IMG/VR virus record: IMGVR_UViG_3300021962_007571 | Coordinates: 1 to 64,000 of that record | DNA: 64,000 nucleotides | Direction: 5' to 3' (one strand) | Origin: a virus | Shown here: positions 51,991 to 61,527 of the stretch, in pieces | Position numbering within the stretch: the first letter of the stretch is position 1 | Layout of the letters: each line of letters starts with the position of its first letter | The notes under the pieces: model-generated | The model's database searches: none | What the model saw: only the letters and a program-made list of their open reading frames with translations | Told to the model about the DNA's origin: nothing | Translations under genes and position numbers: made by a program

Positions 51991-53883
51991 ATGGGAGAAG
52001 CATCTGTAGATTTAAATAGTGCTTACGGTTCAGTTGAGCAAAAAATGAAGGCGAATAGAACCTATCTCGAAGTAAAACAGGATGCCCAAAAAATTAAAAA
52101 AGACCTAAAAGACAATTTAGAAAAAAATAAGGAGTCCGTCACTACTACAGTTGAGAAACTGAAAGAACAGAAAAAAAGATATCAGAGACAAGTTAAGACT
52201 CAGATGGACCAAATGTTAAGTATGGTTCAATTCAATAAAGGTTCAGGTAGCTCAACAATGAGATACATTAAAACAAAGTTTATTGAAGCGGCCGTTAGAA
52301 TTGGACCGAAAATCTCTGATATGTTAGAGAAAGAAAGTATTAAAAGTTTAGGTTGTTCTCAACAACAAGCTTTTACCGCAACAACAGTATATATCAAAGT
52401 TAAAAGTACTGATTTACAGAATCTATTAAAAAGAGACCCAAACGAAGATAGTGCGGCGGTTGCTTATGAAAAAACACCACCTGTTTTAGGAACTAAACCA
52501 TATAGTATGAATAGAGAAATGTGGGATAGACTACAAAATCTAAACGTGCCATCCCAATATAATGGAGGTTCAGGTCAAAAGTTATTTGATATAACTTATG
52601 TACAACAAGATAATAATAGTATCACAGGTGATTTCTATAAAATAGATTTAGTTAACAAACCTACAGGTAACACTGTTGGTAGTTTTTTAAGTGACTATTA
52701 CAAAGCAATTAATTTAGTAGATAACAATAATTTATTTGCACAACTAATGGACCAAATTAGTGGTGCGGTTTCATTTGACGCTAAATTAGGTTATGGGGAG
52801 TTAGATGAAAAAAATAAATTCATACTATTATTACAAAGAATTTTAGGACTTTGTTTTGATAATAGAAAAGAAATTGATGTTAGTGGTAATGCCAAAGTTG
52901 CGGAATTAGATGGTGTTGACGAAAGTTTTTTTGAGTTTACAGATATTGATTTAAGATATTTGGATGATTTAATATCTAACATACAGAATGGTGTTGTTGA
53001 ATTTGAAGATTGTGAAAATGTAAAATTTCCTGTAAACACTGCCGCGGTTATGGATAGTTTACTTAAATTTAATGATTTAACAAAGATTGAGGATATTGAA
53101 AAACAGGCAATGAGTTTGACTGACACTTTGATTGATGATGATAGATGGAAACTACCTAACTCTTTCGATATTAACTTATCAGTTGATTTAAGTTTTTTAA
53201 CTAACCTACCTAAAGCAATTATGATGGCGTTATTATCACCCAAGATAATTTTACCATTATTAATTATGTCAAAAGCAATCTCACAAAGTATTGCAGACAC
53301 CATAGAAAGTTTAGGTGATTTTATAAGAGCCTTTAAAAAGTATGTAATTAATGTTATGTCTAAAATTGGGGGATTATTTGTTGAAACTCTTTTTGATATT
53401 ATCAAAGAAGATATTAAAACATTAATTGGACAGATAATTTCAGATATTGCAAAAGAAAAAATATTAAAAAAATACGCAATAATCTTAAAATTAGTTGAGT
53501 TAATTTTAATTATTGCCAGATTTATAGAAGATTGGAGGAAATGTAAAAGTGTTGTTGATGAGATTTTAGCATTACTGAACTTAAGTGGTATTGGAAATGC
53601 AATTCCTTCATTCCTATTATCCGCTTCAGAATTATTAGACGGATTTTCAAATACAAGAGCGTCAATTAATGTTATTGAGGAGTTACAAAAAATAGGAATT
53701 CCAACGGGACCTATGCCTGATGGTAGTCCAAATTTATATTTACAAGCTAAAGTTGCGGAAATTAAAGGGGTTGAAAAAGAAAGAACTGAAAATGGTAAGG
53801 TACAAGTTTTTGTTAAACCATTACCTGTGAGTCCTGCTGGGGTAACACTACCCGCAGGTAATATATTTGGTAAAGCATTTTAA
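51991..53883 (+). CDS. Hypothetical structural protein with a hydrophobic helical C-terminus
   Basis: 630 aa in the late operon upstream of the spike gene. Confidence 0.5.
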   Translation: MGEASVDLNSAYGSVEQKMKANRTYLEVKQDAQKIKKDLKDNLEKNKESVTTTVEKLKEQKKRYQRQVKTQMDQMLSMVQFNKGSGSSTMRYIKTKFIEAAVRIGPKISDMLEKESIKSLGCSQQQAFTATTVYIKVKSTDLQNLLKRDPNEDSAAVAYEKTPPVLGTKPYSMNREMWDRLQNLNVPSQYNGGSGQKLFDITYVQQDNNSITGDFYKIDLVNKPTGNTVGSFLSDYYKAINLVDNNNLFAQLMDQISGAVSFDAKLGYGELDEKNKFILLLQRILGLCFDNRKEIDVSGNAKVAELDGVDESFFEFTDIDLRYLDDLISNIQNGVVEFEDCENVKFPVNTAAVMDSLLKFNDLTKIEDIEKQAMSLTDTLIDDDRWKLPNSFDINLSVDLSFLTNLPKAIMMALLSPKIILPLLIMSKAISQSIADTIESLGDFIRAFKKYVINVMSKIGGLFVETLFDIIKEDIKTLIGQIISDIAKEKILKKYAIILKLVELILIIARFIEDWRKCKSVVDEILALLNLSGIGNAIPSFLLSASELLDGFSNTRASINVIEELQKIGIPTGPMPDGSPNLYLQAKVAEIKGVEKERTENGKVQVFVKPLPVSPAGVTLPAGNIFGKAF

Positions 53884-53884
53884 T

Positions 53885-54082
53885 ATGGATGAAAGAGAAA
53901 AAGTTAACAATATAATTAAGAATTTAAACGAAAGTTCAAATTCAGAATTGGCATACGCTTTAGATTTCCTAAATTCAGATTTTGAACAAACTAAAACCGC
54001 AATTATTAAATTAACAAAACATATTGATACTGTTGAGTTAGTGTATAATAAAGTTTTAAAAGAATTAGAGAGTAGAAAATAA
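53885..54082 (+). CDS. Small coiled-coil hypothetical protein
   Basis: MDEREKVNN...; stop overlaps the next ATG. Confidence 0.5.
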   Translation: MDEREKVNNIIKNLNESSNSELAYALDFLNSDFEQTKTAIIKLTKHIDTVELVYNKVLKELESRK

Positions 54083-55668
54083 TGACAAGTAATTACGAAA
54101 ATAAAAGGTTATGGACAGGTCACGTTATTGATAATAATGACCCCCTTATGGTTAATAGGGTTAGGGTTCAATTTGACACTAGTAACAATGAGGCAATTTT
54201 AAAAGGTGTACCTGAATATATTGACAATAAAAAAACAATCGCTGATGATGGAAAAGATTTAAATCCTGAATTTAAATGGACTTCTATTGACCCGTTTGTT
54301 TTCTTACCATTAATACCTTTATTTGTTAAAGTTACTCCAAAGATAAAAGAATCTGTTAATTTAATATATCCTAACGTAGAAACTAACTATACGGAACAAT
54401 ATTACGTTCAAGGGACTTTAACATCACCATTAACTTTATATAAAGAAGATTATGAATCATCTAGAAGGTTTGCAACTAGAGATAGATTAAAACAACCTAG
54501 AAATCTTCAAAACGTTCCTGGTGTTAATAGAAATAACAGAACAAAATCTATACAAAAAAGATATACTCACCCACCAACTGAAGGTGCGTTTATGGAGGCC
54601 GAAGATGTTGGTCTACAAGGTAGGGGTACTTGCGATTTAATCATTAAAGATAATGATATAATTTTAAGAGCTGGTAAGACTACCACAATACCTAAAAATG
54701 CAAATACTAATGTTGACGTTAAATCAACAAGAAGTTTTATACAACTTTCAGATTTTAATTTCAGAATTAATGATTTGGGGACTTCTGAGACTGCAAGATT
54801 AGAACAAGATGTTTTATTTGTTAAGTCTTTAGTAGAATGGAATATTGTTAATCCCGATAATGCTGCAAATCCAAATCAATTTATTTTGGATGTTTATTTA
54901 TACAACCTACCGCAAAAAACAGGTTATACTACAAATAAGATATACAGAGATACACCTATTGACGCTGCTGACAAGAGCTTAGTTTATTATGTACAATACA
55001 CTAATCAAACAATGCAAAATGTAATTGATGTCATTAATAACTTTATTACCCAATGTAATGATGGTGTTATTAATTTACCTCCAAACGAAATAAAAGAAAT
55101 TAGTAATCAATTCCCACTGTTTTTTAGACCATCTCCATTAACATTAAAATGTTTAACAAGTGATAATGGTTCTCAACAATATAAAAACATTTCTGAAATT
55201 AATTCTAAAATTAAATTTAAATCAATCAAACAAGGTGACGGTTTAATTTTCTATAAAAATAAAACAGGACAACAATCAACTGTTAGAAAGGAAACTATTA
55301 AAAATTACGACACCGAGGGAACTTCAACAACGTATAACATATTAGGTGCGGATAAATTACTAATACTTTCACACGAATCTAAAATACCAAGTAAGGGTAA
55401 AATAATTTTAGATAGTACTACTATGAGAGGTATGGACCAAAAATTTTTGGTTGAGAAGGTTTTACCAAATACAGACCCTGTAGTTAGAGGTGAAGAACTT
55501 ATGAAGTTTTTAAACTTAGTTGTTAAATTTTTAGTGGCTCACGTTCACCCATTTCCAGGTGTACCTCCAGTACCTGTGGCTACTGATGGTACTCAAGCAA
55601 TTAAAATTCTTACCGAGATGCAAAACGCATCTAACACTATTCTTAATCAGAATATCAGAATTAACTAA
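54082..55668 (+). CDS. Baseplate central spike (gp5/VgrG-like OB fold)
   Basis: GHVIDNNDPLMVNRVRV OB-fold start, LQGRGTCDLII, C-terminal HVH metal-binding tip motif. Confidence 0.65.
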   Translation: MTSNYENKRLWTGHVIDNNDPLMVNRVRVQFDTSNNEAILKGVPEYIDNKKTIADDGKDLNPEFKWTSIDPFVFLPLIPLFVKVTPKIKESVNLIYPNVETNYTEQYYVQGTLTSPLTLYKEDYESSRRFATRDRLKQPRNLQNVPGVNRNNRTKSIQKRYTHPPTEGAFMEAEDVGLQGRGTCDLIIKDNDIILRAGKTTTIPKNANTNVDVKSTRSFIQLSDFNFRINDLGTSETARLEQDVLFVKSLVEWNIVNPDNAANPNQFILDVYLYNLPQKTGYTTNKIYRDTPIDAADKSLVYYVQYTNQTMQNVIDVINNFITQCNDGVINLPPNEIKEISNQFPLFFRPSPLTLKCLTSDNGSQQYKNISEINSKIKFKSIKQGDGLIFYKNKTGQQSTVRKETIKNYDTEGTSTTYNILGADKLLILSHESKIPSKGKIILDSTTMRGMDQKFLVEKVLPNTDPVVRGEELMKFLNLVVKFLVAHVHPFPGVPPVPVATDGTQAIKILTEMQNASNTILNQNIRIN

Positions 55669-55698
55669 TTCTTTGATATTTATTAGTAAAAAGAATAA

Positions 55699-57237
55699 AT
55701 GTCAACTCACAGGTCATATTTTAGCAAAAACAATACGATTATTAGTGATTCACTATCTAATACGGGTAGAAATCCTATAACTGATTTATATTTTGGGTCT
55801 GCGGTGGATACTATCGCCCCAAATGGATATACTAGATTTATATTTGATTTAGATTTATCACAACTATTTGAAAAAATCTTAAACGGAACAATTACTACCG
55901 AATGTGTTAATAATATGACACATACTTTAACTATGACTAACACAATTCGTTTTGACGAAGATTTGTTAAATAGTTATAATTCAGACCAAAGAAGAAGAGC
56001 AAGTTCTTTTGATTTACTTCTATTTAGAATTCCTGAGACTTGTTCACCTACAACAGGTACTACAACAACAACTACACAATCTTGTAATCCATTACCACAA
56101 ACTTGGGATGAGGGTGTTGGTTATGATTATAATAACACTAGAAAAGCCGTTAATACAAGTATTGGGACATCAGTTAGTAGTGCTCCATTAATTGACAATG
56201 AATATTCGACAAGACCATCTAATTGGTTCCAAACCGATAATTTAAATTTATGGTCTGAACCTGGTATGTATTCAAATACCAATACATCACCATTTGTTAA
56301 TTATAATGATTTACATATTGTTGATATTCAACATTTTGATAAAGGTAATGAAGACATTAATTTTGATATGAGTTCAGAAATTAATGGAATTATTGATGGT
56401 ACAATTACAGGTGTAACAGGATGGGGTATAGCGTATAGACCTGATTTTGAATTAATCACGGGATTAACATCTAACTATAGTGTGTCTTTCTTTACAAGAC
56501 ATACCCAAACTTTCTATGAACCTTATTTACTAACAACATATGATGATTTAGTTCAAGATGATAGAAATCTGTTTGTAGAAAAAACGATAAATAAACTTTA
56601 TTTATTTGCTTACGTTGATGGGGATTTAGTTAATTTAGATTCTAATCCATCGGTTTCAATCTTAGACCCTAATGGTGACCCTATTCCGTCATTGACTAAT
56701 CTACCTACCTGCCCAAGAACAAAAGGTGTGTACGAAGTTGTAATACCTCCTATGAGTGGTTATAACACTCCTTGTCAATTCACAGATGTATGGTCTAATG
56801 TAGTTTATAACGGTGTGACATTACCTAATGTAGAAAACGAATTTACTCTACAGACATATAAAAATAGAATGATAATAGGTCCACAATCTAAAGAACCTGA
56901 AGTATTTGGTTTTGATTTTTATGGTATTAAACAAGATGAGAAAATATTAAATACCGAATCAAGAAAAGTTGGTGTGTCAATTAAGAAGGCATACACAACA
57001 AAACACTTACTTCAAAATGTAGATGCTTATTATCGAGTTTATGTAAGAGAAGGAAATACAGAAGTCCAAGTTCAAGACTGGACTAAAATTAATAGAACTC
57101 CTAATGAATATTATTTTATTTTTGACACTGTCGATAAAATACCTAATGAATATTATATTGATATAAAAGTTAATACTAGTGGAGAAACTGACGTTTATAA
57201 AAGAACAATTAAATTTATGATAGTCAACAAAAAATAA
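55699..57237 (+). CDS. Hypothetical virion protein (beta-sandwich/Ig-like)
   Basis: TATTTAT upstream; WDEGVGYD and FFTRHTQTFYEPYL; Cys-bounded Thr loop. Confidence 0.5.
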   Translation: MSTHRSYFSKNNTIISDSLSNTGRNPITDLYFGSAVDTIAPNGYTRFIFDLDLSQLFEKILNGTITTECVNNMTHTLTMTNTIRFDEDLLNSYNSDQRRRASSFDLLLFRIPETCSPTTGTTTTTTQSCNPLPQTWDEGVGYDYNNTRKAVNTSIGTSVSSAPLIDNEYSTRPSNWFQTDNLNLWSEPGMYSNTNTSPFVNYNDLHIVDIQHFDKGNEDINFDMSSEINGIIDGTITGVTGWGIAYRPDFELITGLTSNYSVSFFTRHTQTFYEPYLLTTYDDLVQDDRNLFVEKTINKLYLFAYVDGDLVNLDSNPSVSILDPNGDPIPSLTNLPTCPRTKGVYEVVIPPMSGYNTPCQFTDVWSNVVYNGVTLPNVENEFTLQTYKNRMIIGPQSKEPEVFGFDFYGIKQDEKILNTESRKVGVSIKKAYTTKHLLQNVDAYYRVYVREGNTEVQVQDWTKINRTPNEYYFIFDTVDKIPNEYYIDIKVNTSGETDVYKRTIKFMIVNKK

Positions 57238-57270
57238 ACATAAAAAAAGAAATATTTATAAATAAAAATT

Positions 57271-57447
57271 ATGTCAATATCAGCAGGAACTTACGATTAC
57301 ACAGTTTGTACTATATGTAGTAGTGGAGATACTGAAACTGCAATCTCAGTTGAGGTACCTCATCCATCATATACTAATGATAAAGGTGAAACTGTAATAC
57401 AAACTCAAATGGTAACATTAGGAGGATTAAACGGATTAAATAACTAA
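57271..57447 (+). CDS. 58-aa protein paralogous to the C-terminus of the next gene
   Basis: Not in the ORF track: MSISAGTYDYTVCTICSSGDTETAISVEVPHPSYTNDKGETVIQTQMVTLGGLNGLNN*; TATTTAT at 57253. Confidence 0.8.
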   Translation: MSISAGTYDYTVCTICSSGDTETAISVEVPHPSYTNDKGETVIQTQMVTLGGLNGLNN

Positions 57448-57455
57448 AAAATAAA

Positions 57456-58079
57456 ATGCCAAATTATAATATAAATCAATGCTTAACTAATACTCAGTAT
57501 GTTGTTTCTGCGAGTACATTAACTCTTGGAGAAACTATAGGGTTTTTTATTGGAGAAGAACCGTTATGTGGAGTAGTTGGGGATGTAACAAGTAATTCCC
57601 CAACCCCACTTTCTTTTTATAATGGAGATACTTTTTCAGATTGTTGTGAATGCTTGAGTGCAGTAACAGATTCTTTAAATTTTAGATTTATATCTTGTGA
57701 TACTTCTAGAGAAATTGATATAGAGGCAACTAATTTTTGTCGTGAATATGGAATACCGTTAACAGGTAAGTTTTATGAAATACAATACGGGTCTGAATCA
57801 CCATTTTGTGCAGTATTTACCGAATTAACTCCGACAGGTCAAACTAACTATTTTTACGTTGGCGGTCCTTTTAATGATTGTAAAAATTGCCAAACTGAAA
57901 TACCGACAATATCCGCAGGAACTTACGACTACACTGTTTGTGTGATATGTGACGATGGAAGTACTGAAACCGCAGTTACAGTTGAGGTACCTCATCCATC
58001 ATATACTAACGGTTATGGTCAAACTGTAATACAAACTCAAATGGTAACATTAGGAGGGTTTAATGGATTAAACAGTTAA
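57456..58079 (+). CDS. Cys-rich protein with a C-terminal PHP..GLN module
   Basis: Two Cys-rich repeats (DCCEC, DCKNC) plus the shared 56-aa module. Confidence 0.6.
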   Translation: MPNYNINQCLTNTQYVVSASTLTLGETIGFFIGEEPLCGVVGDVTSNSPTPLSFYNGDTFSDCCECLSAVTDSLNFRFISCDTSREIDIEATNFCREYGIPLTGKFYEIQYGSESPFCAVFTELTPTGQTNYFYVGGPFNDCKNCQTEIPTISAGTYDYTVCVICDDGSTETAVTVEVPHPSYTNGYGQTVIQTQMVTLGGFNGLNS

Positions 58080-58099
58080 AATAAAATACAAAATATAAA

Positions 58100-58591
58100 A
58101 TGAAAAAAGTTTTTAAATTAAAAGAGTCTGAATTAATAAAGATAATTGAGAAGGTTGTTAAAGAACAAACTGATGAAAGGTATATGTTCTTTAGTAACTT
58201 AGAACAAATTCAAAGACAAATGGGTTTGTTGTTAGATTTAAACCACGACCAAGTTAGTGAAATTTTAGAAAATGGTCACGATTGGGCTCAAGACCATATT
58301 GCCACCGCAAAAGAATCTATTGACCAAGTATTTGATTTCTTAATGAATGAAACTAAGAGTTTCCATAAAATGGGAGATGAATTAGGTACCGCACCAAAAG
58401 AAGACCAATTGGTTATGGGTGAAGGTAAGAAAAAAGCAGGTACTAAATTATGTAGTAGAGGTAAATCAGCCGCTAAATCTAAATTTAAAGTTTATCCTTC
58501 GGCTTATGCTAACGGATATGCGGTACAAGTCTGTAAAGGAAGTATGCCAGGATTAGATGGTAAAAAACGATGTTCACCACCTTATTGTTAA
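58100..58591 (+). CDS. Hypothetical protein, candidate internal head polyprotein
   Basis: MKKVFKLKESELIKIIEKVVKE leader; basic C-terminal domain (KFKVYPSAYANG). Confidence 0.55.
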   Translation: MKKVFKLKESELIKIIEKVVKEQTDERYMFFSNLEQIQRQMGLLLDLNHDQVSEILENGHDWAQDHIATAKESIDQVFDFLMNETKSFHKMGDELGTAPKEDQLVMGEGKKKAGTKLCSRGKSAAKSKFKVYPSAYANGYAVQVCKGSMPGLDGKKRCSPPYC

Positions 58592-58597
58592 TAAAAT

Positions 58598-58627
58598 AAA
58601 AAACCCTCATTACTGAGGGTTTTTTTT
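58598..58627. terminator. Bidirectional intrinsic terminator
   Basis: AAAACCCTCA-TTAC-TGAGGGTTTT between convergent genes. Confidence 0.85.
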
Positions 58628-59054
58628 ATTCTTCAATACTTACAACTTCTAAGTCAAAAATCAATTTTTTACCTGCTAAAGGATGATTTCCATCGATTAC
58701 CACAGTTTCTTCTTTGATTTCAATAACCTTAACGTTAATTGGACCCATAGGACCCATACCTTGTAACATTTGGCCTTCTTGAATATCTTCAGGTACTTGA
58801 TTTCTTGGTATTTCAATAACCATTTCAGGTCTTGGTTCTCCGTAAGCTTCAGTATGTTCAAGTTCGATTGTTTTAGTTTCTCCTTCGGACATATCAATTA
58901 ATCCTTTTTCAAAACCAGCAATTAATTGACCTTCCCCTAATTTTACCGTTAAAGGTTCTCTACCTTCAACTAATGATGAATCAAACACTGAACCATCTTC
59001 CAATTTACCAGTGTAGTTCACACTAACGGTATCTCCGTTTTTAATTTTTTTCAT
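58626..59054 (-). CDS. FKBP-type (SlyD/SlpA-like) peptidyl-prolyl isomerase
   Basis: VNYTGKLEDGSVFDSS, LIAGFEKGL, EAYGE, DGNHPLAGKKLIF; start placed at MKKIKNGD (59054). Confidence 0.95.
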   Translation of the reverse strand: MKKIKNGDTVSVNYTGKLEDGSVFDSSLVEGREPLTVKLGEGQLIAGFEKGLIDMSEGETKTIELEHTEAYGEPRPEMVIEIPRNQVPEDIQEGQMLQGMGPMGPINVKVIEIKEETVVIDGNHPLAGKKLIFDLEVVSIEE

Positions 59055-59125
59055 AATATTTGTTTTATATGATAAAATATAGGAAGAAAATATTTCGATA
59101 TCAATACCTAAAAACAAAAAAAAAC

Positions 59126-59157
59126 CTTGTCTAATCTAAAAATTCTATATATATTTG
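59126..59157 (+). promoter_or_regulatory. Bacteroidota-type promoter
   Basis: TTG-N20-TATATTTG upstream of the gene at 59182. Confidence 0.7.
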
Positions 59158-59181
59158 TATAATTAATTAACACACAAGAAA

Positions 59182-59598
59182 ATGTTTTTACTAACTAAAA
59201 AAAGTAGAATGAGATTTATGGTCAGACTACGTAGATTCTTTAAAAAACTATCGATTAAAATTGATGGTGGTGAATCTAAACTTGACGATATTCAAATTGA
59301 ATCAATTAATATCGTCAGAAAGATGATGATTAAGCCCGATGCTACTTTATTAATTGCCCCAATATCTTCAATATGTTATATTGAGTGGAAACATTATTTT
59401 ATTAGGTTTGGTGATTCGGCATTAACAATTACTAATGGTAAATTTTCATATTACATATGGTTACCATCAAGGTCTATAGAACAACTAAGGGAAAATTTTT
59501 ACCGCAATGTTGAGCTACGTAGAAAAAATATGGAAGTTAAATACGATAGGAGAACTTTAGAAAATATGAAATCAATCTCAGACGAGGTTAGAAAATAA
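59182..59598 (+). CDS. Hypothetical (early) protein
   Basis: Follows a host-type promoter. Confidence 0.55.
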   Translation: MFLLTKKSRMRFMVRLRRFFKKLSIKIDGGESKLDDIQIESINIVRKMMIKPDATLLIAPISSICYIEWKHYFIRFGDSALTITNGKFSYYIWLPSRSIEQLRENFYRNVELRRKNMEVKYDRRTLENMKSISDEVRK

Positions 59599-60564
59599 TT
59601 ACTTATTCTTAATCACTTCAGTTATAACATCTTTTAAGAGTCTTGAGAAAGACTCTTTTTTTGTTTTATAACTAACCATTTTAGGTTTATTACCCGTACC
59701 TGATTTGTTATGTGTTTTTTCTACCCTTCTTTTTTGCTGACAAGCTGATTTTTTTTGAGAGTCACTCATTTTACCCGCAACTCCCGCGGCTCTACATTTT
59801 GGGTATCCTTTACTTGATGCGTCAGGTCTGCCACAGGGAGGATGTTTACCATCTTTATCTTTTCTACATATATTAACCCAAGGACCTTTAGGTTGTTTAC
59901 TACCTTTTGGTTTTTTCTTAGTACCAAACCAAACCCCTAAATCTTCAACAACTGTATTTTCGGTAATTTCAACCCACTCACTTACAGTATGTACATCGTG
60001 AACATCTCGTTCATAACTTCCGTTAGAATCTTTTTCCCAAACACCAATAACTGTTTTAATATTATTTTTCAATGTTTTCTGCTTACTTTTTTTATTTATT
60101 TTATGTTTTGAATGTTCTTTAAATGGACCCAATTCACTATCAGACCATTTTTTTAAACCTATTTCAATTGGGGCTGAGTAAGGTCCCGAAGTTACTGTAG
60201 AACTAATTTCGTTAATTTTTTTGTTTCTACCAGGTGTCGGATTAATAATATCTCCATCATCGTCATTTTGAATAGGATGATTTTTAGAATAATTAGAACT
60301 CTGTTTAGCTTTCTTTTCAATCTTTTTTATAACCTTTTTAGGTTCGTCCATAGTCCCATCATAACTATCCACCGCCAATAAAGGACTAAAATATTTTGAA
60401 ACGGGCTCATTAAAAGGGTTTAATTGACTTTTATCAAATATTTTTTTACCTAATCGTAATGGTGCAATATATGAACCCCTTCCCGCAGAATCTGAGGTAG
60501 CCTCATTTATTGGTTTTTTAAAGTACCAATTTCTAACATCTTCTTCAAGTCTATCTCTATACAT
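59599..60564 (-). CDS. Basic hypothetical protein with internal repeats, candidate internal head polyprotein
   Basis: Two INE-preceded repeats; Lys/Cys-rich C-terminal domain; TATTTAT upstream. Confidence 0.55.
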   Translation of the reverse strand: MYRDRLEEDVRNWYFKKPINEATSDSAGRGSYIAPLRLGKKIFDKSQLNPFNEPVSKYFSPLLAVDSYDGTMDEPKKVIKKIEKKAKQSSNYSKNHPIQNDDDGDIINPTPGRNKKINEISSTVTSGPYSAPIEIGLKKWSDSELGPFKEHSKHKINKKSKQKTLKNNIKTVIGVWEKDSNGSYERDVHDVHTVSEWVEITENTVVEDLGVWFGTKKKPKGSKQPKGPWVNICRKDKDGKHPPCGRPDASSKGYPKCRAAGVAGKMSDSQKKSACQQKRRVEKTHNKSGTGNKPKMVSYKTKKESFSRLLKDVITEVIKNK

Positions 60565-60606
60565 TTATAAAAAAAATTTGTATTATTATCTATAAATATT
60601 TGATTT

Positions 60607-60861
60607 ATGGAAAACACTCAAGAAAACTTAAAAGAACCTATGGGGTTTCTTTTTGACAGTATAGCATATTACAATATTGAAGACTTGGAAAAGTTTGTAA
60701 CTGATATGACACCTGACCAAGCTCTTTACTGTGTCATACAAGCCTCAAAATCGGCTTACTCTAAAAACATTTTTGAATTAGAGGAATCTGAAGTTTTATC
60801 TAAAGCAATTAGAAAATTATCAATACCTAATGTCATTGAAGATGCACCTGTTGAAGAATAG
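60607..60861 (+). CDS. Hypothetical protein
   Basis: ORF with an ATG and A/T-rich leader, overlapping mgsA. Confidence 0.55.
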   Translation: MENTQENLKEPMGFLFDSIAYYNIEDLEKFVTDMTPDQALYCVIQASKSAYSKNIFELEESEVLSKAIRKLSIPNVIEDAPVEE

Positions 60862-61243
60862 AATTAAGATTGCGGTTATTGCCCACGATGGTAAAAAGGC
60901 TGATATGGTTTCATTTATTATGAAACGATTAGATTTTTTCACCTCTGAAAATGTTGAAGTTATTGCCACAGGTACTACAGGTAAACATTTGATTCACGCA
61001 GGGCTAAGTAAAGTCCATACTGTTTTAAGTGGTCCTATGGGTGGAGATGCTCAAATTGCGTCTATGATTACTGAGGGTAAGATTGATGCCGTAATATTTT
61101 TTATAGACCCTTTAGAAGTACACCCACACCAAGTAGACGTTAGTATGTTATTAAGAATTTGTAATGTCCACGACATTCCGCTAGCAACTAATTATAAAAC
61201 AGGTAAGATGGTTATTGATTGTTTGGAAAGTTTTCCAAAATAA
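60830..61243 (+). CDS. mgsA: Methylglyoxal synthase
   Basis: IAHDGKK, ATGTTG, SGPMGGDAQI, FFIDPL, HPHQVDV, PLATN; the true start may be 60842 or 60851. Confidence 0.95.
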   Translation: MSLKMHLLKNRIKIAVIAHDGKKADMVSFIMKRLDFFTSENVEVIATGTTGKHLIHAGLSKVHTVLSGPMGGDAQIASMITEGKIDAVIFFIDPLEVHPHQVDVSMLLRICNVHDIPLATNYKTGKMVIDCLESFPK

Positions 61244-61268
61244 ATAATTTTATTTAAAAAAAAAGTTG

Positions 61269-61276
61269 TATATTTG
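61269..61276 (+). promoter_or_regulatory. Bacteroidota-type -7 element
   Basis: TATATTTG(TATTGT), the same extended motif as at 63062; no clear -33 element. Confidence 0.5.
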
Positions 61277-61299
61277 TATTGTAATTAAACGTAAACAAT

Positions 61300-61527
61300 A
61301 TGAAAAACTTAGTATTAGTAATCTTATCAGTAATCTTCTTATCTTCTTGCGCTACACAAATCCAACTTGCCGACGGACGAAAAGTTTCTAAAAGAGAACA
61401 CAAAAAAATGTTGGAGAAGGCTTGGAACGAAAGTTTTGGTAAAATGTCAGACCAAGAAAAAGACTTGATTTACAGTGTTCCTGTTATCGTAGACACTATG
61501 ACCGTGGTTCCAGATACTATTAAGTAG
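61300..61527 (+). CDS. Small lipoprotein
   Basis: MKNLVLVILSVIFLSS-C lipobox signal peptide. Confidence 0.75.
   Translation: MKNLVLVILSVIFLSSCATQIQLADGRKVSKREHKKMLEKAWNESFGKMSDQEKDLIYSVPVIVDTMTVVPDTIK

Noticed and set aside
57271-58079. Repeat pair as DGR template/variable repeats
   Set aside because: Differences are not adenine-specific (T/C and G/C changes, many synonymous), both copies are coding, and no reverse transcriptase is in the window.
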